From Dimorphilus gyrociliatus (taxonomy: Eukaryota; Animalia; Annelida): a stretch of DNA of 64,000 bases. Numbering within the stretch: the stretch's first letter is position 1; every line of letters starts with the position of its first letter. Both the position numbers and the translations under genes were made by a program. The stretch covers positions 1,860,968 to 1,924,967 of the forward strand of contig CAJFCJ010000009.1 of the NCBI GenBank assembly GCA_904063045.1, given 5' to 3'. The notes under the pieces are model-generated. The model worked only from the letters and a program-made list of their open reading frames with translations, searched no databases and was not told the origin of the DNA. Below are positions 52,289 to 64,000 of this stretch, in pieces.

Positions 52289-55200
52289 ATGAAACCCATG
52301 TTGTCAATTAAAAATAGTTACGTTAGTAGCTCTTGTAACAAATGTCCTCACACTTTAGATTGGATAAACAATGGTTATGTATGCTATGGTACTAATAATG
52401 GTCTAGCTTATTATCAACCTTTTGTGAGTAACTTTTAATTAGAAGTTTTTATGACAGTTGTGAGTGATAACGGACAATTTATATGTTTATAGGAATTAAC
52501 TGGTGATTTAAAAACTGTGGCAGCCCATAATGGTACTGTTAATTGTGTTCGTTGGGTAAAGACTGGATGTAAAGGTACGAATTTTTATATATAATATAAA
52601 TTAGCTCACTTTTTTCTAACTTTTAAGGTGAACCAGATACACTAGTTGCGGCATCTTCAGATAAAACTGCTTCTGTTTGGAAGCTAACAGACAATACAGT
52701 TTGTTGTTTAAAATTCAGACAAATGCAACACTAATTTCTGAATTTTAACTGATATTTTAGTTAACAAACGTCGGCAGGCTTATAGGTCATACATCTCCCG
52801 TTAATATTTGTGTTGGAGCTTTTGATCCAGCAATTGGTCTGATAATAGCAACTGGTTCAGCCGATTCAACTATAAAAATATGGACCAAAACTGATGAAAT
52901 GAGTTAGTTTCATCTTTTTCACACTATGTATTTTTAATATAGCTACTTTTCTATTGTTAAAGATGATAACTATGAGTGTATTGAAACTATATCTCTTGGA
53001 AATGGTTTTGCCTTGTCTATGGATTATTTCTTCCTTCCAGAAACAGAATGTTTATGTCTTGCTTGCGGTTGTGATGATTTTAAAATACATTTGTATTACC
53101 AATCAGACAATAAAGTTAGTTTAGCAGAATTTATTATGTGCTTATATTAGTTGTGTTTTATTTATAGTTTAAATTACTTTCGAGCTTAGTTGGTCATGAA
53201 GACTGGGTCAGATCTATTGATTCGACACAGGACGGCAAGTATTTTTTCTATTCTTGAGGTTTAAAAATATATATATTTTTTTTCCAGAAAATGGAGATAT
53301 ATTGCTAGTATCTGGAAGTCAGGATTGTTTTGTAAGAATTTGGCGTATGTCGCGACGTTTAAATATTGTCACTGAGGAAAAAAAATCGTCTACAAATATA
53401 GATTTTGAAATTAAGCAAAAAGAATTTATTTCATCTACGGATTATAGTCCACCATTACATTTTGCTATTTCAGTCGAATCAGTTTTGCTAGGCCACGAAA
53501 ATTGGATTTATTCTACAAAATGGTTTTATCTAAATGAATCAAAGCTTTCCATAGTATCGGCTTCAATGGATAAAACTCTAGTTATTTGGCAGCAAGGAGA
53601 ATCTGATGAACTTTGGGTTGAGAAATCTCGTCTAGGTGATGTTGGAGGAAATACTTTAGGATTTTATGACTGTAAACCAGCCCCGGATGGTTCAGCACTG
53701 CTAGCTTATAGCTTTCATGGAGCTTTTCACATGTGGCTTTATGATGAAGGTCTTGGAACCTGGAAAACAGGACTGACTGTCGGTGGCCATTTCGAGGAGG
53801 TTCAAGATATAGCATGGGAACCAAAATTCGGTGCATTCTTATTATCGGTTAGTTCGGATCAAACTACTCGTTTACATGCAAAATGGAAAAAAGCTGACAA
53901 GGTAAGATATACTTTAATAATAAAGTTATTGCACACTTTATCAATAATACTTACTAATTTTAGACATCATGGTATGAGATGGGTAGACCTCAAGTTCACG
54001 GCTATGATATGAAATGTATAGCACCCGTAAATTCTTTGACGTTTGCGTCAGGCGCAGACGAAAAAGTTATAAGAGCTTTCAGGCCGGCAAAAAATTTTCT
54101 TAGAAATTTCAATAAATTAACGGGTACAGCATTCTTTACAGAGGATGATATAAAAGTTCGTACAAAACTACGTAATAGTTTGATAGTATAATAAATACAT
54201 TTTTTTATTTATTTAGGAACAGCCAGAAGGAGCATCAATACCTGCTTTAGGTTTATCAAATAAGTCAGTTTATGAAACCGAAAAGGCAGAAAAAGTTGAA
54301 ACGCAAAATTTAGAAAATTATTTCTCTCCTATTCACCTTGAAGGTGTTTATTTTTAATATTATACTGTATTACAATCAAATATTATTTACCTTAACAAAA
54401 ATATGATTACAGAGCCGCCAACTGAAGAGAATCTTGTTCAAAACACCTTATGGCCAGAAATAGTAAAGTTATACGGACACGGTTATGAAATTTTTGCACT
54501 TGCAGCTCGTAATGATGGAGGAATTTTAGCGTCAAGTTGCAAGGTTGGGGGAAAATATTAAAGTTATAAAAAATATTTATTTATTTAATTATGTTTGCTT
54601 TTTTTAAATTTTAGGCAGCCAAAGCTGAACATGCTTCGGTTATCTTATGGAATACTTCAAATTGGGAAATTTTTCAAAAATTAAGCTATCACAATTTAAC
54701 TGTCACTGACATATCTTTCTCTCATGACGGTCAACATATACTGTTAGTGTCTAGAGATAGAACATGGAGTTTATTCTCAAATATCGAAGGTTTGTTTAAG
54801 TTTAAAACACTTAAGATAAAAATCTGATCAAATTGATTATTTATTAAACTATTAATAATTTTCTTAGGAAAATACGAACTGACATCATTTACTGATAAAA
54901 AGACAGCTATTCATTCAAGAATTATATGGTGTTGCGCGTGGTCTCACGATGATGCATTTTTCATAACTGGTTCTCGTGATAAAAAAGCAATTGTTTGGAG
55001 CAAAAGCGAAAATTCAGATAAATTTATTGCCTGTGATATAACTTTGCAATTGTCAGATTCAATTACCGCTATTGATTTAGCACCTAAATTAGTCAATGAC
55101 GAATATGTGGCATTGTTCGGATTGGATAATGGTGAAATGCTATTATACACATTCACAAAGGTTTCATCATGGACATTAAAGTTCTCCCTCAGTAGAAGGT

Positions 55201-55401
55201 AAATGTTCATAAAATTCAGGTGGAAAAAGCTATCTCATTATATAATTTATGTTCTCTTGACCTTTCAGTTTTGGCCATCAAAATACAGTTAAACGAATTC
55301 GATTCAAGCCTACCTACGACAAAGACAAAGACCCTCTAACAGTTGCTTCCTGTTCGGTAGACCACAGCGTAAAAATATATGAGATTATGAGTGTTCAGTA
55401 G
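52289..55401 (+). CDS. ELP2: Elongator complex protein 2 (WD40)
   Basis: [124 protein letters not shown]. About 13 exons. Confidence 0.96.
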
Positions 55402-55622
55402 TCCTCGTATGCTCAAGAATCAAATGTATCCGAAAAGATAAGTGATGTACGTCTTGGGTGGCCGAGGCCACACACAACGTAGCCTTTCTTACTCACGTCC
55501 GAATGGGCCGTCAAACGAGTGCCAGCGTCGCCGCAGTTCGTATTAAAATCGAACATAAACATTTTTGTATGAGTTTGTAAATATATATTTTTGAAAATAA
55601 AGATATCTTTTCCAATTTCGAA

Positions 55623-56683
55623 ATGTTTTTTATGCGATTTATACTTATTTTACAATTTGGATTAACTATTAAAGTTTATCGGCCAGTTAGCTATGTAAAT
55701 TGCGGTAAGATATTGAAAGTTTTTTCTATAGTAATAATCTCTTAATTAAGATCAAATGAAATTCTTCCAGGTAAGCAAAACTCTTCTGTTCTAATTGAAG
55801 CATTTAAAGCTCGACCTCTACCAATATTTACCCCTGGAAATTTAAGAATTAACAGCATAATTAATATTACACGAGATCTTCCTGATAAAATAGCTGTGCA
55901 AGTAAGAGTAGAACGATATTTTTTTGGTTTCTCAATCACTTTACCCTGTTTGGATGGATCCCTAGCACCTTGGTAGGTATTTTTTGCTTAAAGATAATTG
56001 TTTCCTCTTTTTTTTTTACTTCCTTTGGTTTATATCGGTTTTTTAGTATTTTGTCTAGTATATTGCAAAAAGGCCACCCACTTTGAACGAATTCGATTGG
56101 TAAATATGTTAGAATATTTTAACCAATCAGTATTCACTGCAATTATAATTATATACAGTATATTATAATTTTTGCCAATGTTATTATTGTTATTATTGTT
56201 AATGTTAACATTTGTAGTACTCTACAACACGTTTGCGAACGTTTAGACGAACTGAATAGATTTCGAAAGAGATGCCCACCATTCTACAGAAGGCGAGGGC
56301 TGCCATGCAAATGCAATCAATTTAAGGTTCTCTTTTTTCAAATGCAACTCATTTAAATGAAATACTAGAAGAAAAGTAGTAAAGATTAATTTTTCTTTGG
56401 TTTCGACAATAGAAAGGCATCTACCAACTAAATAAAATTCGATTTAAACTTCCAAAGATGAGAGGTTTATGGGCTTTTCTCGCAAAGGTTTGATCGAAAT
56501 AAAAAAAAAGAAAAGAAAATAAAACTTTTAACTATTAAAAATAAAAAGGGTGAATACAAAATAAAGATTACGGCTACAGATGAAGATACTCTTGAAGAAT
56601 TAACATGCCTCGAAATTTCCTTTAGAATGCGATTAAGAAAAAAAACCAGCTGGTGGCCTTTTAGAAAGACAAAAGAAACATAA
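55623..56683 (+). CDS. GM2-activator-like ML-domain lipid-binding protein (not in ORF track), about 200 aa
   Basis: Five phase-consistent GT-AG exons (55623-55704, 55771-55972, 56218-56326, 56413-56487, 56549-56683) give a signal peptide plus SYVNCG...PLPIFTPGN...LPCLDGSLAPCTLQHVCERLD...CP...GLPCKC..FKKGIYQL...GEYKIKI...ELTCLEI, which follows the GM2A cysteine pattern. Confidence 0.85.
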
Positions 56684-57015
56684 AGACAAACTTAAAGTTT
56701 ATATGTTAGGTATTTGAAAAGGAAATAACAATTCAAGAAGAAAAAGCTGAACAATTTATTATATTTAAGAAAGCTATACAATAGAATATTTCTGCTTTTA
56801 AGATTAATTGTAGTAATAATCCTGAAATAAACATACTTCACAAATGCCTACTTACTAAGCCAGATCACTTAAAGTCTTAGGTATTGGATTAGCGGTTCAA
56901 AATTAAGAGTTACGCAGTAAATGTATATTTTGTCTAACTTTTATTTTTGAAACGGAATAGATAAAAAGAACAAAGTACTTTTAATTTTATTTGAAGCAAG
57001 ATCTATTCCATAAAA

Positions 57016-58114
57016 ATGAGCGGTGAAAAAAAAAAAATAAACAAAAAGTTAACTGAAGAAGATATTAAGGAATTAACTGAAAGACTTTATACGACCCACA
57101 CCAAAAGTTCTAGTGCAGATCCTTATGCTAATGCAGCTGTGGCTCAAGACAAGATTTCCAAGAAGGTATTTATATAAACGAATTTATCAGTTGTTTATGT
57201 ACGTTTTTTATAGGCTGTTTGCAGTATTTATATAGACTGTAATTGCGTATTTAATTAAGATATATAACTGTTTTTCTCTATACGCAATATATAGGTAAAT
57301 GATTCCAAAGAGGTTGAGAATATTACGAATCGACTTTATAGCTCTCATACTAAATCTAGTTCGATTTCATCTGGAGATAATAACACACCCGTTCAAGATT
57401 CAATTAGTCGAACTGGAGTTACCAGCAATGACCTGACTAACATTATCGACAGATTGCATACTGTAAGTTAGCCTATAAGACAAATGGGATATTTGTTAAA
57501 AGTAAATATTCAATTCAAATGTTTTCAACAGACACACACACAATCTAGTAGTGGAGCTGTAGGGCATCAAAGACCGAGGGATACCATTTCCAAACCTTTC
57601 GAGAGCGAAGAAGATGTAAGTAAATCTTTTATTCTTATTATTAGCTTAAATCCTTTTTCAATACATTATTATTGTCGTCTTTTCTTCAATTGTATGTCTT
57701 ATTCAATAAGAAAAAAAAATTAAGCCTATATTTATTCTACAGACGAAGCAAATAGTTGATCGTTTACACAAAACGCATACGAAGAGTAGCTCGGGAGGTG
57801 AGCTATGTAAAATCTATGAGCCAAAGACCCCACAGAACTACGGAACGAAAGCTTATCCTGTCATCGAAGGCTTAGATACAAGATTCAGAGAGAAAACTGC
57901 CCCAAAAGATAAAGTAAAGGATATCATAAACAAAATGCATACTTCACATACAGTCTGCTCCGAGTTGCATACCTCAAAGAAAAATGCTTCAATTTTACTG
58001 TATCCGGAGAGGACAATCCTTATGAATAACGTAGATCGAATCGTGCGATTTCAAGACACTGGAGCGATAGATCGACAAGGCATGTTAGGGCGAACCGAAA
58101 AATGGTACTTTTGA
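57016..58114 (+). CDS. Uncharacterised 257-aa repeat protein with RL(Y/H)xxHTxSSS units (not in ORF track)
   Basis: Four phase-0 GT-AG exons (57016-57165, 57295-57462, 57532-57615, 57743-58114) form one open frame. The third repeat is reconstituted across an intron, which supports the splicing model. Confidence 0.8.
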
Positions 58115-58297
58115 CCATCTGAAGGTCAAAGGAGAATTTTCTTTTGAATGATCGAACTATCACACAATATTATGTAAACTCTTGTTTTTCAATTGGAAAA
58201 TGGGTTCTATCTGTATTACTTGTGTTGATTCGATGAAATTTCAAATTTCAGCATTAAAAAAAAAGATATATGTGTAAACTATGCTTGTCTTGAAGAT

Positions 58298-59231
<934 letters not shown>

Positions 59232-59896
59232 TCCTATATGCTAACTAGATGATCTCAGTTTCAATACTGATCGTCTATCAAGACGCAGTCAGAAAATGTA
59301 CCATCGCACCCTATTGTCGTCTGCTAATATAGTAGATATGTCGACAAGCTTTTATATTATTTTGTACTATTTTGGCGGTAAATTTGAAAATACTTATCAA
59401 AAGCCTTTTATTTAATATTTACCCTTCAATTGCCTAATTTCCAGCTACAGTTTTAATAATTAAGGAAAAAATATCATGTAATTTTTTTTATTTTTTACAT
59501 ATAAAACATGTATAAGTGTAAAATATAATAGTGTTTTTTGTTCATAAGATGTCTAAATATTCTCTTATATGTTTTTGTACTAAGACTGGAAATTTTATCA
59601 ATAGAAGTAAACTTGAAAATTTTTGCACGTAGACCACTCACGTATCCTAATTGTGTCAAAAATATCTGTGTCAAGTTATTTTTAAAGGTCTAATAAATCA
59701 GAATCTGCTTAACAGTGTTTTATAAAAAGCTTTAATCGCTTTCCTAACATGTTAAAGATATATTTATAGGACTTTTATTTTTATAAGATAATTTTTATAA
59801 GTAAAATGTTCCATCACTCAAAGGGACACTGTGAAACGTTGGAATCATATTTTCCAATTTCGTTCGAAAACCAGTACATAGAACGTTTGCCAAAAT

Positions 59897-61553
59897 ATGG
59901 ATAAATATGATGATTTCGTTGATAATGTAAGATTTTTAAAAAATATATCAAAGGAAATTATATCTTCAAATAAATTTATATATTAATACTTAGATTTTAA
60001 GCAAGTAAACAACTAGGAGTTTTCTAGAATTCCAGGTACTAATTTTAAATTTTTGTATTCCATGTCAAAGAGTTACACAAAAGTAATCGAAGGCTTAAAA
60101 ACTTACAAGTAAGTAATTTAAAACGACGAAGTGACAGAGAACTTTAATTACAATAATATTCTGAAAAGGGTTCGATTTGAGAAGGTTTTGAAATCACATC
60201 AAGATTTGTATAATTCTATTGCTAAACATGAAAAGATATTTTACCAGGATTCTTCTATTCAGTTACAAATGGTATTATTTGGTTGATTTGGAGTAACTGT
60301 TTTTTATGTATCTTTTATTTCGACAGCTCAAACACTGTACAAAAGTTAATTCTGATTATTTTAACATCCTCTCCGATTTTGTTTATGATGATGAAGAAAG
60401 TCTAGAATTTGTAGGTTTTAAACATAGTCAGTCTATTTTACGATAGTTTTATTTTACTATTGATAATATAGTTTAGATACGACTTAAAGCGCTTTAACTT
60501 TGTTCTGAAATTGATCGCAAGGGATTGGTCTCCCGATTATGAACTGGAAAGAAGCTGCTGGTTTGGGCCAATTATAAAGACCTTAGAGAAATCTTTTGAG
60601 TCTGCAGATCGAGATAACAAAAAAATTCTCTGTTTAGGAGATGGGCTTCTGAGGTTTTTATTTATTAATGCTGAGAATCAATTTAAAAATATATTTTCAA
60701 CTAAAGATTGCCTCTGGAGTTGTGCAGGAAAGGATTCATTACAGACGGTGTAATGGAAGATATATTGAAAATTAGTATAGCTTCTCATCTTAATAAGCTG
60801 TGAGTATTCAGAGTTTGTCACGATATAAGTCTCACAAGAAGTTTTCTCTCCCACTTAGCACAGAGATAAATGCTTTTACAATCTACCCATTTGTCGATAA
60901 ATGGAGTGACCTAGTCTCTTCAGTTGGTCAGGTTATAGCTCTATACCTACATATATAAAAGTTTTCTTCATCTAACTCATTCTCATTTTAGCAAAAGCCG
61001 GTCACATTCCCCGACATTACATTTGACATGGAAGATTCTCAAGAGGAGTTAGACTTGACCAGAGAACCGACTGTTATAGCTGCTAGGTTTCTGGCTGATT
61101 ACGATCCAAGCATGAATCAAGGTGATATTTCTTTTTTCATTGAAAAATATTGATGAAAATCCTTAAAAAAACGTTATAGAAAAAGTTGACGCAGTGGCCA
61201 CATCTGGTTACTTTAATTTGTCAAGAAATATACCTCTGATAATTTCAACAATACATCATAATTTAAGATCTGGGGGAATCTGGGTGAATAACGGCCCATT
61301 AATTAATGACTATGATGTCGATTACGATTCAAAGTCTTGCTTTAGAGAATGGGGCTATGATGATATTAAAAAAGCTTTAAGGAAGCAGGGATTCACAATT
61401 CTGGTTTGTTCTAAAAATCTTTTGTCTATCCTGCAATAATGTCAATCTTAATTACAGAGTTATAACCACGAAGAAAGATCAACATTTTGCTATAATCGTT
61501 ATTACATGTCGAATGAAGTTTATGAAATGTTATTTTTCATCGTTCGAAAATAA
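59897..61553 (+). CDS. Divergent carnosine N-methyltransferase-like (N2227 family) protein
   Basis: About 10 short exons: LIARDWS...ERSCWFGPII, KILCLGDGLLRLPLEL...GF, IYPFVDKWS, QKPVTFPDI, LRSGGIWVNNGPL, YDDIKKAL, YEMLFFIVRK*. The motif order matches CARNMT1. Start codon uncertain. Confidence 0.75.
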
Positions 61554-61705
61554 ACTTAATCTATTGTTAATTCGTTAGATGGTTATACTTGATCAAGGCA
61601 GATAAAAGACTTCATTTAAGTTGTGTTTTCAATAAATTAGTTAAGAGATGAAAATCAACAAATAGTGAAATTAAACTTCAAGCTAGTCTTTTATTCACAA
61701 TATCA

Positions 61706-62165
61706 TTAACGACGGAAACCACTGGTAACGACAGTCTGACTGGAGGTCTGAACTTGAACCTTAGGAAGATTAGCCATATCAAGCATTTTCAACATATCCT
61801 TAGTATCAGGATCAATGTCAATGACATCTTGTTCTAGAGCCGAAACATCAGGCACGTAGTTGTCTCGTCTCTCCCTCTCTTCTTCTTGCAACTTAATGGA
61901 AATTCCCCTAACTGGGCCACGTTGGATTCTCTTCATCAAATGGGTAACCTGAAAGAATGTTTTTCATGAATATTTTGGACAACGAAATTCGTCAACACAT
62001 ATTTACAAATCCAGAAATCTTGTTTCTTAGCCTCTTGCTGGGGATGATTGCAATTTCCTCGCAGATTCTCTTATTAGTATGAAAATCCATGGTAAGACGA
62101 GTGTAATATTTTTCAATAATTACACGGGCGGCTTTTTTTACGGTTTTGGTTCTTACACGACCCAT
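61706..62165 (-). CDS. RPS17: 40S ribosomal protein S17 (eS17)
   Basis: [21 protein letters not shown]...[16 protein letters not shown]|[33 protein letters not shown]. One intron at 61949-62006. Confidence 0.98.
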
Positions 62166-62296
62166 TTTTTTTTAAATTTTGATTGTGAACAAGGCACGAC
62201 AGAGAGCGGCGTGGATAAAAGAACGATATTTCGTGAGACATGCCGGTCATTGGCTTTCTATATTTTTAATAATGGCTGGTATATTGTAGAGTGTTA

Positions 62297-62308
62297 GCGG
62301 CCATTTTG
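62297..62308 (-). promoter_or_regulatory. YY1-like site upstream of RPS17 (similar motifs at about 34727-34737 and 14378-14386)
   Basis: GCGGCCATTTTG matches CCGCCATNTT / AANATGGC. It stands out as GC-rich against the AT-rich promoter background. Confidence 0.4.
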
Positions 62309-63002
62309 ATACTTTATATTTTCAACTTCTATAAAATGAAAAATTGTCTCTATAACCTGGTTCAGTAGTCCCACTCGAAATAGACTTGCTACAAACAAAA
62401 ATAAAATACCAAACCTGAATTTTCTACATTCTGAAACTTTATAAGTAACTATAAGTTGTATTAGCATCTGTTACATTAGATTCGTTGAGTTTGGATAACC
62501 AGATTGACAGATAAAATATGGAATTGAAGTTTCGCCTTGTTCAATTACGCTAAAAACATGGGACATTTAACTATTGATAGATACTTAAAACAATATATGT
62601 AATATTCTAATAATCAGCAATTAAAGAATTTTTTTCTTCATATTTCCTCCTTCCTTAAAATTCAAGTGGAAAATAAAAAAACTTTAAATTTTACTTCGCC
62701 CGTAAAGCTAATATCCAGCTGCCCACTGTCTATTCGAAATCTTAATGAAATATCGTTAAAATTTTATGATTTACTTTTAAGTTATAGGGCTAATAAGGTT
62801 TTTTTCTTGGAAACCGACATCTTAAACTAAATATTTCATTTCAAGTAAGAATACTTCCATTTAAAGTAGTTCCTCTTTGAAGAGTAATGAATTACTATCT
62901 GTATTTGTAATCATTTTTATTGTAAAATCGTCTAATACTGACTCAACAGGTAAGAAAAACATTAACCAATAGCACCTTGAAGATGAGTTACTAATGACTT
63001 TA

Positions 63003-63998
63003 TCATTCTGGTACGTATTTGGCAGCTTTAGCACCATACTTTTCAAACAAATCGTTGTAAAATTCTGCTTTAAGGGTTTTTAAACATCTAAAAAATATAT
63101 AAATATTTAACAAATATTTCATAACTCCTTTATAAAACACTTACTTTCTGTATAAGGAACTAGATCGAAATTTAGCAATATCTAAGCTTGGGGCATGCGG
63201 CATGTGAATCATAAATGCATTCGGTAGTACTATAAATTCAAACCTAAAAGTTCATATATTATTAAATATAATATTTATAGAGTATTTGAAGGAAATGAAA
63301 AAAGGTATAGTTACTCTGCAGCGTCCAAACTGAGAGCGTGAGAAACTTTATTCCATCCAAATCCCACAAAACGCCTATCGTATGCCGGAATTTGATCAAC
63401 TTTCATTACCAAGTATGGTTCGAAATCTCTTTCCCATTCGACTTGATAAGGAGTTGTTGCAGTTCGCCATTTGTTAAATTGAGTAGGAGCATGGCCACGA
63501 GGCCAAACATGATATCTAAATGTAAATAAAGAGCCAACGTCCAATTGAGCTAAAAGGTCGGTCTTGGAGGTGGGAAAGTTGAAGCGATACCGTTGTGTTT
63601 CAAAGGCTGGTACAACTAATGCCTATTGAATAACGACAGTAAGTAGATTTAGGATTAAGAAGTTCGTTAAATTTATCTAAGCTTACTTTTTTAGCATTAG
63701 AGCTAACTTCTAATTCAACAACAGTTTTTCGTAAATAATCATATAAACCATACATAGGCAAAAAGTCTATATCGGCTAAGAAAACGAACGGTGTTCGAAC
63801 TTGTCTCAGAGCAACATTTCTCAAGTGGTTTACAGGATAAAATTGTCCATCTTTATAAACAATATGATAGCCTATATTTCTTCTTGACATTAATATTGAG
63901 GATGCTAGGGCGAACCGCAAAAATTGCTGAGCTTCGCCATCAGACATATAAAGAGCTATTGACATTGGTCCTTGCCAATGTTTACAAATCGTTTCCAA
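63003..63998 (-). CDS. LARGE: LARGE xylosyl/glucuronyltransferase, 3' part (gene runs off the window)
   Basis: [94 protein letters not shown]. Stop at 63003. Confidence 0.93.
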
Positions 63999-64000
63999 CA

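Noticed and set aside
55399-55482. In-frame 26-codon extension after the ELP2 stop (readthrough)
   Set aside because: TAG-T context is not a known leaky signal, and the peptide has no recognisable targeting motif.
55742-55939. Minus-strand 65-aa ORF
   Set aside because: Antisense to exon 2 of the GM2A-like gene.

Overview
Eukaryotic, not prokaryotic: an AT-rich, very gene-dense animal genomic segment. I reconstructed about 27 protein-coding genes in 64 kb by hand, with mostly 50-70 bp GT-AG introns and 70-450 bp spacers between many gene pairs. The architecture and protein types suggest a compact-genome bilaterian invertebrate; the miniature annelid Dimorphilus gyrociliatus is my best guess (inference only). 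Gene order: SH2D5-like, PMPCA, ELOVL, ZBBX, GALE, orphan small TM protein, C1GALT1, GBE1, RPS6, BTBD10/KCTD20, XYLT, FLAD1, FLACC1-like, KIN17, msp130/choice-of-anchor-I-like, Na/K-ATPase beta, ATP5PD, LENG8, bacterial-type amidase, RBM5/10, ELP2, GM2A-like, novel repeat protein, EGLN, divergent CARNMT1-like, RPS17, LARGE (3' part). Two complete genes are missed by the ORF track because their exons are short: a strongly cationic GM2-activator/ML-domain protein (55623-56683) and an unrecognised 257-aa protein built from about 40-aa RL(Y/H)xxHTxSSS repeats (57016-58114). Other highlights are a nearly intronless msp130-like gene, a bacterial-type amidase with a mitochondrial-like presequence, a CARNMT1 paralog with a degenerate SAM motif, a possible dicistronic C1GALT1/small TM ORF, and several candidate microexons. 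I found no CRISPR array, tRNA, rRNA or transposon. Exon coordinates were read by eye and may be off by a few bases. Family names come from motif recognition, not database searches.
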